Assembly (NCBI GenBank): GCA_965216755.1
Contig: CBDCGL010000011.1
Span: forward strand, 1,856,001-1,920,000
From: Alphaproteobacteria bacterium
GTDB lineage: Bacteria; Pseudomonadota; Alphaproteobacteria; UBA7887
Reading direction: 5' to 3'
DNA: 64,000 nucleotides
Both the position numbers and the translations under genes were made by a program. A model generated the notes under the pieces. The model was not told where the DNA came from. It was given only the letters and a program-made list of their open reading frames with translations, and did no database searches. Positions 1 through 11,079 of this stretch are shown piece after piece. Each line of letters begins with the position of its first letter. Position 1 is the first letter of the stretch.

Positions 1-649
1 GATAGATGCCGGCCGCCGCCGGGCCGACGCCTATGGCCGACAAACCTCCATCGGCAAGATCGTTGTTGCGTAGCGCCGTCAACGCGGCTTCTTCGACGGC
101 TTCGACCAAAATCACCCAATCTGCGACGGCGTCGGGCTGATCGCGCAACGATTTCTCTTGTGTTTCGAAGTGACTCGCCGCCTCGTCGCCAACTAAATGA
201 TGCGCGCCAACGATACCCTGGCGAGTCAGGAGTTCTGGGAACAGTTTGGTGTCCAACATGTCCTGCAATTCGGCGCGGCGCTCCAGCGTTGGCGCACATT
301 GAAGCGTCAGCATCGCAGACCCAATGCCACGACCGTGGCTTGCCGCCACCGCGCACAGGGTCCGATTGGCGTTCCGAAAATTGGCCAAGGACGCGCGCGT
401 CCACGGAGTCGGGTCATTCAGCCGAGCCAGATAAGCATCCGACGTCAATATCGCCACTGACTCTGTTTCATAGAAATTAAAGAACTTCGGCTGGGCCGTA
501 TCTGACACATACCGGCGTCCACGCAAAAACCCGGGAATTCCGACACGCTCGGGAACATGTTCGAAAACGTGCCAGTGATGGAAGTCTGCCTCGCCGCCGG
601 GCGCAATGTCATTCCAAAACGCCATAACCCCTTTGCCTCGCAATGTCAT
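1..649 (-). CDS. Conserved hypothetical protein (DUF4286/EthD-like), 3' end runs off the window
   Basis: Absent from the ORF track because there is no stop in the window. Manual translation from ATG 649 gives MTLRGKGVMAFWNDIAPGGEADFHHWHVFEHVPERVGIPGFLRGRRY...YLARLNDPTPWT, open to position 2. The EHxPERxxIPGF motif is typical of this family. Confidence 0.75.
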   Translation of the reverse strand, partial: MTLRGKGVMAFWNDIAPGGEADFHHWHVFEHVPERVGIPGFLRGRRYVSDTAQPKFFNFYETESVAILTSDAYLARLNDPTPWTRASLANFRNANRTLCAVAASHGRGIGSAMLTLQCAPTLERRAELQDMLDTKLFPELLTRQGIVGAHHLVGDEAASHFETQEKSLRDQPDAVADWVILVEAVEEAALTALRNNDLADGGLSAIGVGPAAAGIY

Positions 650-794
650 TTCGGCACCTTTCCCCGGACAATCCGGCATTTGTCAGCGACCCGGCCTCTT
701 AAGCTACGGTTGACACAGCCCACGGACGATGGCAACCACCGAGCGCGACCCAACATCGGACTTTTGACCATATTCCAGCGACGAGAGCCCTCCC

Positions 795-1985
795 ATGGAA
801 ATCCTCGACGGCATTCGCATTCTCAGTTTCAATCACTTCCTGTTAGGGCCCGTGGGCGTGCAAGTGCTCGGGGATCTCGGCGCGGACGTCATCACCATCG
901 AACCGGTCGGCGGTAGCTTTCAACGCAAATGGGGCGGTGCCAATCGCAAAGTGGATGGCGAGTCGGTACTGTTTCAATGCGGCAATCGCAACAAACGCAG
1001 CCTGGCGCTGGACCTCAAAGCGCCTGACGGCCAACGGATTGTCCGCAGCCTGATCGAACGAACCGACGTGATAACCGAGAATTTCCGACCCGGCGTCATG
1101 GACAAGCTCGGATTCGGCTTTGATGCCGCGCGAGAGCTCAACCCGAAAGTGATCTATGCCTCGGCGTCGGGTTACGGCCGCGACGGCCCGTATCGCGACC
1201 GTCCTGGACAAGATTTGGTAATCCAGGCCATGTCTGGCCTGGCCAATATCACGGGTTCGGTGGACCAGCCGCCAACGCCGGTTGGCGTTTCGGCCGCCGA
1301 CCATCATGGTGCGCAAATTCTCGCCATGTCCGTCCTCGCCGCCTTGTTTCGTCGCGAACGCACGGGCAAAGGTTGCCGGGTCGACGTGAATCTGTTGTCG
1401 GCCAGCTTGGATCTCCAAATGGAATCATTAGTTTGCTATGCTAATGGTGCGCCGGTTTCGCAGCGTGCGCCACGGCATATCGGCGGCTGGCTTTATCCAG
1501 CGCCCTATGGGTTCTACGCGACCAGAGACGGACATGTGGCGATTTCACTGGGCTCACTCAAATCCTTGGCGGCCGCGCTCAATTGCCAACCGCTCGAAGC
1601 ATTTGATGACGACCAAGCATTCGAACGGGCCGGTGACATTGCATTGCTCATTCAAGAAGCCGTGCGTGACTTCACGACCGCGGAACTTGAAGAACGATTA
1701 GCGAAACATAAACTGTGGTACTCACGGGTAAACGACTACGCAGCGGTCATGGAAGATCCGCAAGTCGAACACAACGGCTCGTTTGTTACGATCGAGGGCG
1801 CGCGTGGCGCGCCTGTGACCCTCTTGACCCACCCGGTGCGCTATGATGGCGAAGTGCCACCAATTCGGCTGCCGCCGCAGCCCTTGGGTGCACAAACCAA
1901 GGAAATACTTCTGGAGCTTGGTTACGCCGCAGACGAAATTGACCGCTTGCGCGACGATCGTGTTATCGGCACGGCAGATGACTGA
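795..1985 (+). CDS. CaiB/BaiF family III CoA transferase
   Basis: LDGIRIL..., LGDLGADVITIE, NRNKRSLALDLK, ENFRPGVMDKLG and GQDLVIQAMSG motifs. Confidence 0.93.
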   Translation: MEILDGIRILSFNHFLLGPVGVQVLGDLGADVITIEPVGGSFQRKWGGANRKVDGESVLFQCGNRNKRSLALDLKAPDGQRIVRSLIERTDVITENFRPGVMDKLGFGFDAARELNPKVIYASASGYGRDGPYRDRPGQDLVIQAMSGLANITGSVDQPPTPVGVSAADHHGAQILAMSVLAALFRRERTGKGCRVDVNLLSASLDLQMESLVCYANGAPVSQRAPRHIGGWLYPAPYGFYATRDGHVAISLGSLKSLAAALNCQPLEAFDDDQAFERAGDIALLIQEAVRDFTTAELEERLAKHKLWYSRVNDYAAVMEDPQVEHNGSFVTIEGARGAPVTLLTHPVRYDGEVPPIRLPPQPLGAQTKEILLELGYAADEIDRLRDDRVIGTADD

Positions 1986-2007
1986 GGCGACCAATATGTC
2001 ATGACTT

Positions 2008-3606
2008 TCAGGGACGGCCGTCCCACCAAGCCTGCCACGCCGCGATATCATAGCCAAATCTTTGGCCCGTGACCGCGGTCAACGCACCGACGATGTCACC
2101 TTTGATCCAGTCGGGACCATTGGACGATTGTAGACGCGCCAACAATCGGTCGATCGTCGCCACATCGGATTGCGCCAGGCGCCCGATGGCCCATGCCGCC
2201 GCCGGCGCGGCCTCTAGGTATTTCTCTGACTCGTGCTGTTTTGTGCGCCATGGTTCGGCAAGAATGTCCGGCGGTACATATCCGCCCCCAACCATCCCGA
2301 TCGCCCACAATAGGCCCCATCGAGCGATATCGGCGGCCGGCACCGTGCGCGCCCCGAAAAGCGGGACTTGAAGATCCGGAAAGCCGCGCGCCAAATGCGC
2401 GGACAGAACAGCGCCGCTTGTCGGACCGGGGCAAGCCACGATGTCGGCCAAATTGGCACGGAGACCGGCGCCAAATTGCTCATATGAAATCCGATCGGCG
2501 AGTACCGCGCCCAATCCGTGCACCGCGCGCGCGCCCCGACCGTCGGCGCACAATGCTTCATTGCGGAGCGATGGCCAGGCGGCCGCCTGAGTATTTCTTT
2601 CCGGTTGAGCCAGCGCCGCGCGGTCCGGCCCCCACAACGTGCCGCGACCGTCGGGACCAATCGTGCCGACATAGACATCGCCCATAACATCGGCGACATC
2701 GACGGGCCGGGCGCCGTCGAAGGCTTGGTTCTTCTGCCAAACAGCGCCGTCCTGACTGCGCCACAGGGCGCCGCCGCTGTCTGACCGGACCACCACGGAA
2801 AGTGATCTCGCGCCCGCCGCCATCGCGCCCAAATACTGATCGTCAAATTTGCCGACACGCTCGCTCATGATGCCGTCCGTGCGCCATAGTGAAGTCATGC
2901 CATCACGTTCATTGATACCGTACACCCAACCATCGAACACAGTGACATCGCGGACCCGCCACCCATCCGGCCAATTGGGCGCGGCGGCCATAAGCCCGTC
3001 CCTCCACATCAGGAGCTTGGGCCCGCCGTCACCGCCATAGGTCAGGCCGGCGAAAACCGTGACGTCCAGCGATGCCAACGACGTTATGCGGCTGACACGC
3101 CCCTCGGAGGTCGGGTGGTCGTAGATGACGCGCCATGTCGCGCCGCCGTCATCCGACCGCTGCAGCAGCGCCCGCCATGCCGAAGATGCGGCGACCAAGC
3201 CGCCGTCATGTGGGATCATGGCGTGGACATGGAACGCCAAGCCATCTTGCAGAACGCGCCATTGCCAGTCACGGCCATCGCTGACCATAAATTCGCCACG
3301 CCCAGTGCTGGCGCGCGGGTCTTCAAACGGCCAGTACATCATGCCGTTGTGAACAAGTGGCAAACCGGCATCTTGGCTAAACAAATGCTGTTCGTAGCGT
3401 GTTTGCCGGGTGGCCGGATCAAAGCTGTAGATGTCGGCGGCGTTGTGGTTCACGAATTTGACGCTGTTGGCGAACCAGATACGACCGTCATAGCCGATGA
3501 TTCGCGACACCGCGGACCACGGCCCCGGCTGTGCCAACGGCACCAAACGATCGGTGATTTGCGCAACCGCGGGACCAACAAGTCCGATCGCCAGAACCAA
3601 AGCCAA
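2008..3606 (-). CDS. Secreted hypothetical protein, probable beta-propeller plus helical C-terminal domain
   Basis: Signal peptide (AVA-Q), BNR/Asp-box-like repeats (SDDGGATW, SQDGAVW, SDGRDW) and C-terminal TGQRFGYDIAAWQAWW. Start uncertain. Confidence 0.7.
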   Translation of the reverse strand: MALVLAIGLVGPAVAQITDRLVPLAQPGPWSAVSRIIGYDGRIWFANSVKFVNHNAADIYSFDPATRQTRYEQHLFSQDAGLPLVHNGMMYWPFEDPRASTGRGEFMVSDGRDWQWRVLQDGLAFHVHAMIPHDGGLVAASSAWRALLQRSDDGGATWRVIYDHPTSEGRVSRITSLASLDVTVFAGLTYGGDGGPKLLMWRDGLMAAAPNWPDGWRVRDVTVFDGWVYGINERDGMTSLWRTDGIMSERVGKFDDQYLGAMAAGARSLSVVVRSDSGGALWRSQDGAVWQKNQAFDGARPVDVADVMGDVYVGTIGPDGRGTLWGPDRAALAQPERNTQAAAWPSLRNEALCADGRGARAVHGLGAVLADRISYEQFGAGLRANLADIVACPGPTSGAVLSAHLARGFPDLQVPLFGARTVPAADIARWGLLWAIGMVGGGYVPPDILAEPWRTKQHESEKYLEAAPAAAWAIGRLAQSDVATIDRLLARLQSSNGPDWIKGDIVGALTAVTGQRFGYDIAAWQAWWDGRP

Positions 3607-3799
3607 GAGCCAATATCGAACAAACCAGAAAGTGGACGCGTGAAACAGGTCTGCCTCCCTGCGATCCTCGCCGCCACCCTAGTCTGGCCGCCACCGCGCG
3701 ATGCGAGCAAGGGCAATGTCCGTGGATCGACGAGATCGCGGGTTGTCGCGCGGTTCATATTGGGACTAGATTTTCAGTTGGCTCAGTTGGGAGCGTGCC

Positions 3800-4108
3800 A
3801 TGACGAAGCCGATGACATTTGACGGGTTCAAGGCCTCTTTGCGCAATCCGTCCCCACCCGACGCGCTGTCGTTGCCCTTACAAGCCCTGTGGTACGAGTC
3901 CACCGGCGATTGGGACCAGGCGCACACAGCCGCGCAGCAGGCGGACAACACCGACGGCGCCTGGGTTCATGCCTATTTGCATCGGGTTGAGGGTGACCTC
4001 AGCAACGCGCGGTATTGGTATCGACGGGCGGACAAACCGGAATCGACGGCCACGCTCGCCGAGGAATGGTCGGCAATTGTTCGAACACTGCTGTCGTCGG
4101 CAGTGTAG
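3800..4108 (+). CDS. Conserved hypothetical protein (102 aa, helical/TPR-like)
   Basis: GDWDQAH...WVHAYLHRVEGDLSNARYWY motif of a widespread small family; GGGAG RBS upstream. Confidence 0.85.
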   Translation: MTKPMTFDGFKASLRNPSPPDALSLPLQALWYESTGDWDQAHTAAQQADNTDGAWVHAYLHRVEGDLSNARYWYRRADKPESTATLAEEWSAIVRTLLSSAV

Positions 4109-4698
4109 GATAACCGCGCGCCGTCATCTGAGCAAAGTATCGCGGGAAGCGCTGCTTCTTGCGTATTGCGTCACCAGGCTCCGGATGGACAAGGCGAGCA
4201 CCGACAAACAAGCCACACCTGCGCAGTTAGCAACAAGTCAATCACTTGGGCCAATCATTCTCTAGAACTATCAATTGGCGCATTTCCTTTCGGCTTACTC
4301 ATGATGACCAAAAAATATCCAATTGGTTCCGTCGGGGCGGTCGCCATTTAGTTGCATAGTACTATTTCCTCTGCCCATACGGACCGATTGCATATGCAAG
4401 TGTGGCCCGTATTTGTCCACAACACGAATGTGGGAATTGAGGGCTCGGTGTAGTGGTGACGAGAACCGGGAACGTCCCGTTCAGCGATAGACGGAAGGCA
4501 AACTCGGTTGGTTTCCAACCACGCTCGGACAGGCGAGCTCGCCGGTCTGGCCAGTGCTGCCAAGTCGCGACGACGCTTCCAGGAAACCCAACAAACCTTC
4601 ATCGTCAAGAGCCCGCCCTAGGCCCAAACGTCGGCAATGTCTATTGCGAGTAACCCAGACCACTCGGTGATGCTGTTGAACCTAGAGGACCTCGTGCC

Positions 4699-7038
4699 AT
4701 GAACGCTCCGGAAGCGAGAAACGCGAAATCTGCCGAAAACACAAAAGAACGGACTTCGGGCGTTCATGACGCCGGCGCCAAACTCAGATCTTCAATTGCC
4801 GGCCGGCTTTCCGCACTCAAATTGCGGACGAAGATCCCCGCGATCATTATCGGCGCAGCACTTATTTCAGCCGTCGTCGTGGGTATATTGAGCACGAACA
4901 GGGCAAGCCATGCGTTGCGCGTCGAGGCGGAGAAAAAGTTCCAAGCGTTGGTGGAAGCCAAAAAGAATAGTCTGAGTGATTACTTAGAATTTATTCGCCA
5001 AGATCTGCGCATTATCTCCGGCAACGCCACCGTCCGCGCGGCCCTCGCCGACTTTCGTCGCGGCTGGCAAGATATCGGAATCAACCCCACCCAAAAACTG
5101 CAGCGCCTGTACATTGAAGACAACCCGCATCCGACCGGCAAAAAAGATGATCTGGATTTCGCCAATGACGGCTCGATCTATAGTCGGGCTCACGCCCAGT
5201 ATCACCCATGGATCCGCAGTTTTCTGCGCGAGCACGGCTACTACGACATCTTTCTCTTCGATCCGGATGGCAATCTTGTCTACACAGTCTTCAAGGAACT
5301 TGACTACGCGACCAACTTAAGACGGGGTCAATGGAAGGACACCGACCTCGGCAATGCCTTCCGCGCGGCGCGATCGAGCGGCGTTGCGGGAGAACATTTC
5401 TTTTTCGATTTCAAGCCTTACGCGCCGAGCCACGGCGCGCCCGCCAGTTTCATATCGACCCCAATTGTTGATGACCGGGGCACGCTTGAAGGCGTTCTGG
5501 TTTTCCAAATGCCCATAGATAGGCTCAATGCCACAATGCAGCAAACGGCCGGTATGGGCGAAACCGGCGAGACTTTCATTTTTGGGATTGACAGTCTCAT
5601 GCGGAGCGACTCGCGATTTGCTGCCGAGTCGACGATTTTGGCCAAGAGCGTCGACACGGAAGCCGCCAAACGAGCGCTTGCCGGCGAGCAAGGTGTGTTG
5701 GTGGGAACCGATGCCAGCCGCGGTGAAGTTCTCTCGGCCTATGACTACATTGACTTTCTCGGCACACGGTGGGGGCTGGCGAGCGAAGCGTCGACCGATG
5801 AGGTTTTCGGGCCGATCCGCAGCATGGTCAAGTTCAACGTTCTATTTGGGCTCTTGACACTCGTTGGCGTTTCCGTCCTTGGCTTCTTGTTCGCGCGCAC
5901 CATTGTGCGACCCATGAGCGCACTGTCGACCGTGACAACAGAGATCGCCGAGGGCAACAAATCGGCCGACGTACCTGCACGCGTGCGTCAAGACGAACTC
6001 GGTGACATGGCGCGCGCGGTCGAGATCTTCAAGGCCAACGCCATCAAGATGGAACAATTGGCAGCTGAACAACTTGAAGCTGAACGGCAGGCCGCCGAGG
6101 ATCGTGAAAAGGCCCAGCAGGAGCGTGAGACGGCACGTATCCAACGCGAACACGAAATGAAGGAAACGGAAGAAGCCGCCGAAGCTGAGCGCAAGGCCGC
6201 GCTTACAGCGATGGCCAATAGCTTTGAACAGGCCGTCATGGGTGTGGTCAGCGGGGTCGGCGATTCAGCCAAGGAACTCGAGGTAACGGCCAAGGCGATG
6301 AACCAAACCGTCGATGTCACCAATGAACAGGCCCTGAGCGCGTCATCCGCCACCGAGCAGGCATCGACAAACGTGCAGACGGTGGCTAGCGCTGCGGAAC
6401 AGCTCGCTGCGTCCATTCAAGAGATCACACGCCAAGTCAATCAATCGGCCGACAATTCCAGAGCGGCCACCGGCCTGGCCGAGCGTACGAATGAAACCGT
6501 CGGTGCCCTATCTGAGGCCACCCAACGTATTGGCGAAGTCGTTACCTTGATCAATGACATCGCCAGCCAGACCAACTTGCTCGCGCTGAATGCGACCATC
6601 GAGGCGGCGCGCGCCGGCGATGCCGGCAAAGGGTTTTCGGTCGTCGCCGCGGAAGTCAAAGAACTGGCGAGCCAAACCGCCAAAGCCACCGACGAAATCA
6701 GCCAGCAGATCACCGCAATTCAGCAGACGTCCTCCGGAGCCGTTGATGCGATCGGCGAAATCGCCACCGCCATCGCCGGCATCAACGACCTGGCGACCGG
6801 GATCGCCGCCGCGGTTGAAGAACAGGCGGCGGCCACGAACGAGATCAGTCGCAACGTTCAGGAAGCCGCTTCCGGAACCTCTGTGGTCAGCAGTAATATT
6901 TCGCAGGTCTCCAATGCGGTCGGCGAAACCGGCAGCGCGGCGCAAAGCGTCCTCACCGCCGCCGGCGACCTAACCACAAAGTCCGAGAACTTGCGCCGTG
7001 AAGTTGACGCGTTTCTGAGAGACGTCCGTGCCGCGTAA
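4699..7038 (+). CDS. Methyl-accepting chemotaxis protein (dCache-type sensor, HAMP, MCP signal)
   Basis: Two TM helices flanking a YYDIFLFD...[12 protein letters not shown] sensor; HAMP ([11 protein letters not shown]); signalling hairpin [30 protein letters not shown]. Confidence 0.96.
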   Translation: MNAPEARNAKSAENTKERTSGVHDAGAKLRSSIAGRLSALKLRTKIPAIIIGAALISAVVVGILSTNRASHALRVEAEKKFQALVEAKKNSLSDYLEFIRQDLRIISGNATVRAALADFRRGWQDIGINPTQKLQRLYIEDNPHPTGKKDDLDFANDGSIYSRAHAQYHPWIRSFLREHGYYDIFLFDPDGNLVYTVFKELDYATNLRRGQWKDTDLGNAFRAARSSGVAGEHFFFDFKPYAPSHGAPASFISTPIVDDRGTLEGVLVFQMPIDRLNATMQQTAGMGETGETFIFGIDSLMRSDSRFAAESTILAKSVDTEAAKRALAGEQGVLVGTDASRGEVLSAYDYIDFLGTRWGLASEASTDEVFGPIRSMVKFNVLFGLLTLVGVSVLGFLFARTIVRPMSALSTVTTEIAEGNKSADVPARVRQDELGDMARAVEIFKANAIKMEQLAAEQLEAERQAAEDREKAQQERETARIQREHEMKETEEAAEAERKAALTAMANSFEQAVMGVVSGVGDSAKELEVTAKAMNQTVDVTNEQALSASSATEQASTNVQTVASAAEQLAASIQEITRQVNQSADNSRAATGLAERTNETVGALSEATQRIGEVVTLINDIASQTNLLALNATIEAARAGDAGKGFSVVAAEVKELASQTAKATDEISQQITAIQQTSSGAVDAIGEIATAIAGINDLATGIAAAVEEQAAATNEISRNVQEAASGTSVVSSNISQVSNAVGETGSAAQSVLTAAGDLTTKSENLRREVDAFLRDVRAA

Positions 7039-7044
7039 TACGTG

Positions 7045-7803
7045 TCAGCGCCGCAATTGCCGCTCGAACAGCGCGAACATACGCTCCCAATGGCGTTCGG
7101 CGGCAGGTTTGACGTAGACAGGTCGCGCTGGAAACGCAAAGCCGTGCTCGGTGCCGGGATAGATCTCAACCCGATGCTTGACACCCGCCGCGGTCAAAAT
7201 CCCGGGCAGTGAATCGACCACAGATTGCGGCACGTATTGATCGTTCTCGGCAAACGCCAAGTACAGTTCACCCTTGATCTGTTTGGCCGAAAGATGCGGT
7301 GAATTTTCACCGTCCGTGACGATGCCCACGCCGTAATAAGAGGCGATGGCAGCCATATCGTCCGGGTAGGCAGCCGCCACCGAGACGACATACTGGCCGC
7401 TCATGCAATACCCAACGCAACCAACAGGCCCCGCGGCGGCGGCGGGTGCGGTGCGAATGTGGTCCAGTATGGATTTGGTGTCGTCGACTACCCGGGCATT
7501 GGTCAACGTGTGCATGACCTTGAACATCTTCTGACGCTCATTGTCGTCGCTGCGTATCGTCAGCGGGTCGAAGCCATAAGCGCCTTCCCGGCCGGTTCGA
7601 TAATACATATTCGGCAGCATCACGTAGTAACCGACCGTGCCGATACGCCGCGCCATGTCGCGCAGTTCCTCGCGGATTCCGGGTGCGTCCATGTACATGA
7701 TCACGGCGGGAAATACCCCGCCTTCGTCCGGATGACAGACAAACCCATCCATCATACCATCGGCCGTTGGCATCTCGATTTCATGCTCAATCATCGGCTG
7801 CAT
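7045..7803 (-). CDS. Dienelactone hydrolase family protein
   Basis: GCVGYCMSG nucleophile, AENDQYVP acid and YPGTEHGF His. Confidence 0.92.
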   Translation of the reverse strand: MQPMIEHEIEMPTADGMMDGFVCHPDEGGVFPAVIMYMDAPGIREELRDMARRIGTVGYYVMLPNMYYRTGREGAYGFDPLTIRSDDNERQKMFKVMHTLTNARVVDDTKSILDHIRTAPAAAAGPVGCVGYCMSGQYVVSVAAAYPDDMAAIASYYGVGIVTDGENSPHLSAKQIKGELYLAFAENDQYVPQSVVDSLPGILTAAGVKHRVEIYPGTEHGFAFPARPVYVKPAAERHWERMFALFERQLRR

Positions 7804-7854
7804 TCCCTCCCCGTTGCGCCATGTGATTCCGGTCTTGCGACCGGACCTTGATTT

Positions 7855-8262
7855 CTAATCATCGGGCCAATCGACTTCGTCTTCGCTGACCAGCTCGCCA
7901 CGCATCGACGGTCCGTGGCTATGAACACGCTCGGGATCGCCGCACACGAGATGGTGCCACTCCGGCAAATCATGTCCAAACGCAACCAAACGATACGCGC
8001 AACTATGGGGCAGCCAATCGAGTTTGCGGATGTTTTTCGGCGTGATTTTCACGCAGTCAGCAACGTTACCTCGGCGATTGGCATAGTCCATGCAACGGTG
8101 TGTATCCAGATCGAGATATCGACAGGCGGCGTCGGTCAGGGCGATCTCATCTGTATCTTCGTCGACCACACGAATCTGGCAGCAAAGGCCGCAGCCGTCG
8201 CACAGCGATTCCCATTCCCGAGGACTCATTTGATCGATCTTCTTGTCGCGCCAAAATGCCAT
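7855..8262 (-). CDS. YcgN/UPF0260 cysteine-cluster protein
   Basis: EWESLCDGCGLCC and WLPHSCAYR motifs. Confidence 0.92.
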   Translation of the reverse strand: MAFWRDKKIDQMSPREWESLCDGCGLCCQIRVVDEDTDEIALTDAACRYLDLDTHRCMDYANRRGNVADCVKITPKNIRKLDWLPHSCAYRLVAFGHDLPEWHHLVCGDPERVHSHGPSMRGELVSEDEVDWPDD

Positions 8263-8396
8263 ACGGGCCTCGCGCTACGTCGCAGTCTGGGCACCAGCGC
8301 CAACAAACCACACGAGGATTGCGGGAATATCGTCCATCCGGCAAAGTGCGGTCATCTGCTTAGTGAACAGTACACGATCAACGGGAGGTTTTGAGA

Positions 8397-9122
8397 ATGG
8401 CGACCACCGCGCGTGATATCGATGGTGACCGAGGTCCCCGCGATTGGTCGGTTCAACCGCCTTATCTTCACGCCGCTTACAAGTCCACCGTGGCCCGCGC
8501 GCCGACAAAACCGCTGTTGCCGCTGCCGCAAACCGTCTCGGAAATGACGGGGCCGCTGTTTGGCGACGATACCGTGGCGGACATCGACAGCGATCTGACG
8601 CGCAATGCTGCCAAAGACGGAGAGGCCATCGGCGAACGCATTATCGTAACCGGTCGAGTCATGGACGAAGCCGGTCGACCGGTGCCGCGAACATTGGTCG
8701 AAATCTGGCAAGCCAACGCCGCTGGCCGGTACGCCCACTTGAAGGACCTCCATGATGCGCCGCTCGATCCCAATTTCTATGGCGCCGGGCGTTGCATGAC
8801 CGACGACGACGGCGTCTATCGGTTTACCTCTGTCCGACCGGGCGCCTATCCCTGGCGCAACCACGAGAACGCCTGGCGGCCCGCCCACATACACTATTCC
8901 TTGTTCGGTCCCTGTTTGCTGACCCGGCTGGTCACGCAGATGTACTTTCCCGGTGACCCTTTGTTGCCGCTCGATCCGATCTACAACAGTGTGCCGGACG
9001 AAGCCGCGCGCGCGCGCTTAATCGCCGATTACGCGCACGATGTCAGTCAGCCGGAATGGGCGCTCGGCTATCGTTTCGATATCGTATTGCGCGGCCCCAA
9101 GGCCACACCACGGGAGGCGTGA
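8397..9122 (+). CDS. pcaH: Protocatechuate 3,4-dioxygenase beta subunit
   Basis: YKSTVARAP, VEIWQANAAGRY, PGAYPWRNHENAWRPAHIH and LVTQMYFPGDP; RBS GGGAGG before ATG 8397. Confidence 0.96.
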   Translation: MATTARDIDGDRGPRDWSVQPPYLHAAYKSTVARAPTKPLLPLPQTVSEMTGPLFGDDTVADIDSDLTRNAAKDGEAIGERIIVTGRVMDEAGRPVPRTLVEIWQANAAGRYAHLKDLHDAPLDPNFYGAGRCMTDDDGVYRFTSVRPGAYPWRNHENAWRPAHIHYSLFGPCLLTRLVTQMYFPGDPLLPLDPIYNSVPDEAARARLIADYAHDVSQPEWALGYRFDIVLRGPKATPREA

Positions 9123-9123
9123 C

Positions 9124-9699
9124 ATGCCCACACAAACCGCCAGCCAAACGGTCGGTCCTTTCTTTCACTACGCGTTGATCCGCGAGGGTCAGAATGTCTT
9201 GGTCAACGAGGCCACCGCTGGCGAACGCATCAGGATCGAAGGTACGGTCCGAGATGGCGAAGGCGCGCCGATCCCCGATGCCATGATCGAGATTTGGCAG
9301 GCCAACGCCGCGGGCCGCTACAAGCACCCGGTCGATGTTCAGGATAAGCCGCTTGATCCCGCGTTCAACGGCTATGGTCGGGCACCGACCGATGACGACG
9401 GTCTGTTTTGGTTCGAAACCATCAAACCTGGTGCGGTCCCCGGCAGCGGCAATATGTGGCAAGCCCCCCACATCAATGTCACCGTTTTCGCACGCGGTAT
9501 GCTCAGCCACGCCATGACCCGACTCTATTTTTCCGATGAGACCGACGCGAATGGCGACGATGCCGTCTTGACCTCGATCGAAGACCCCGCGCGGCGCCAA
9601 ACTTTGGTGGCTGAGCGCGAAGATCGCGACGGTCGTCGCGTATACCGTTTCGATATCACGTTGCAGGGCAGCGAAGAAACGGTGTTTTTTGATGGTTAG
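9124..9699 (+). CDS. pcaG: Protocatechuate 3,4-dioxygenase alpha subunit
   Basis: TASQTVGPFFH, EIWQANAAGRY, QAPHINVTVFARG and C-terminal ETVFFD; directly follows pcaH. Confidence 0.96.
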   Translation: MPTQTASQTVGPFFHYALIREGQNVLVNEATAGERIRIEGTVRDGEGAPIPDAMIEIWQANAAGRYKHPVDVQDKPLDPAFNGYGRAPTDDDGLFWFETIKPGAVPGSGNMWQAPHINVTVFARGMLSHAMTRLYFSDETDANGDDAVLTSIEDPARRQTLVAEREDRDGRRVYRFDITLQGSEETVFFDG

Positions 9700-9732
9700 C
9701 ATAAACAGCTATCGATCTAGTTTGCGCTGACT

Positions 9733-11079
9733 GTGAGTGATCCGCTTTATGCTCAGCCGGCAATGGCTGCGTTGTTCGATAGTCGGGCGCGCTTACAGGG
9801 TATGCTCGATTTCGAGGCGGCTTTGGCGGCGGCTCAAGCTGATGTCGGATTGATCCCGTCCAAGGCCGCCAAGGAGATTGCCCGGCAGTGCCAGGGCGGT
9901 CTCTATGATCCCGACGAGATATTCGCCGCCGCGGCGCATGCGGGCACGCCAGCCATTCCTCTGGTGAAGGCACTCACCGCACGTGTCGGCGATACGGCGC
10001 GCGGATATGTGCACTGGGGGGCCACCAGCCAAGATGCGGTCGACACCGGTTTGATGCTTCAAATGCGGCGGAGTATCACGCTGTTGGTAGAGCAGTTGAT
10101 TGGCCTTGGCGCGTTGGCGTCAAAGCTCGCCGATCGTCATCAGAGTACGCCGATGGTGGCGCGGACCCTACTGCAACAGGCCCTGCCGATGCCGTTCGGC
10201 CTGAAAGCCGCCCACTGGCTATCGGCCGTGACTCGCGCCATTATCCGCTTGCGCCGCGACAGTAGAGACTCTCTGTGTGTCCAACTTGGTGGCGCCGCCG
10301 GCACGGCCGCCGCCCTCGGCCAGGACGGCGCGCAAATCGCGGCTTTGATGGCCGACCGGCTTGGCCTCGCGACACCCTCCCTGCCCTGGCACACCGAACG
10401 CGATCGAATCGGCGTGGTGACATCGGCCGTGGGCTTGGCGGCAGCAGCCGCAGGCAAGATCGGTCATGACATTGCCGCGCTGATGCAAACCGAAGTGGGT
10501 GAACTGCTGGAATCCGCAGGACCCAATAAGGGTGGTTCGTCAACGTTGCCTCACAAGCGCAACCCGGTCTCTAGCGTGCTTGCCCAAACAGCCACGCGCT
10601 TGGCGGTCGGCCACGCACAAGCGTATTTCGGCACTTTGATCCATGAGCACGAGCGTGCCGTCGGCGCATGGCACGCCGAATGGTCGATTGTTACCGACTT
10701 GTTCTGCACAACATCGGCGGCGGTCAGCTATGCCGCGGACAGCCTAACCAACATTGACGTCGACGAATCGCGGATGCACGAAAATCTTGCGCGCAGCAGC
10801 GGATTGATCATGGCCGAATCGGTCATGATGCATTTGGCAAACCGGATGGGCCGAGCCAACGCCAAGGCTCTGGTGTCCGAACTCTGTCAGTCAGTCGCCA
10901 CGTCGGGAAAGCCCCTGCGTGCACAGCTCGCGGCGGACAAGCGCGTGACCGATCAGGTGTCTGAGCAAGAGCTGGATGCACTGATGGCGCCGGAAACCTA
11001 TTTCGGAAGCGCGGGCATTTACATCGAAAACGCGCGCCGTGACTTTGATCGCGCCGTCGCGGACGAGACGAAACCGTGA
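9733..11079 (+). CDS. pcaB: 3-carboxy-cis,cis-muconate cycloisomerase
   Basis: Fumarase/ASL superfamily motifs HWGATSQD, RTLLQQA, GGSSTLPHKRNP and HERAVGAWHAEW; pca context. Confidence 0.93.
   Translation: MSDPLYAQPAMAALFDSRARLQGMLDFEAALAAAQADVGLIPSKAAKEIARQCQGGLYDPDEIFAAAAHAGTPAIPLVKALTARVGDTARGYVHWGATSQDAVDTGLMLQMRRSITLLVEQLIGLGALASKLADRHQSTPMVARTLLQQALPMPFGLKAAHWLSAVTRAIIRLRRDSRDSLCVQLGGAAGTAAALGQDGAQIAALMADRLGLATPSLPWHTERDRIGVVTSAVGLAAAAAGKIGHDIAALMQTEVGELLESAGPNKGGSSTLPHKRNPVSSVLAQTATRLAVGHAQAYFGTLIHEHERAVGAWHAEWSIVTDLFCTTSAAVSYAADSLTNIDVDESRMHENLARSSGLIMAESVMMHLANRMGRANAKALVSELCQSVATSGKPLRAQLAADKRVTDQVSEQELDALMAPETYFGSAGIYIENARRDFDRAVADETKP

Noticed and set aside
4495-4565. Possible c-di-GMP-I riboswitch upstream of the MCP (GGCAAAC...ACGC...CTGCC)
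   Set aside because: It lacks the GNRA tetraloop and the GCAAAG junction and the stems fit poorly. A cmsearch with RF01051 would be needed to revive it.
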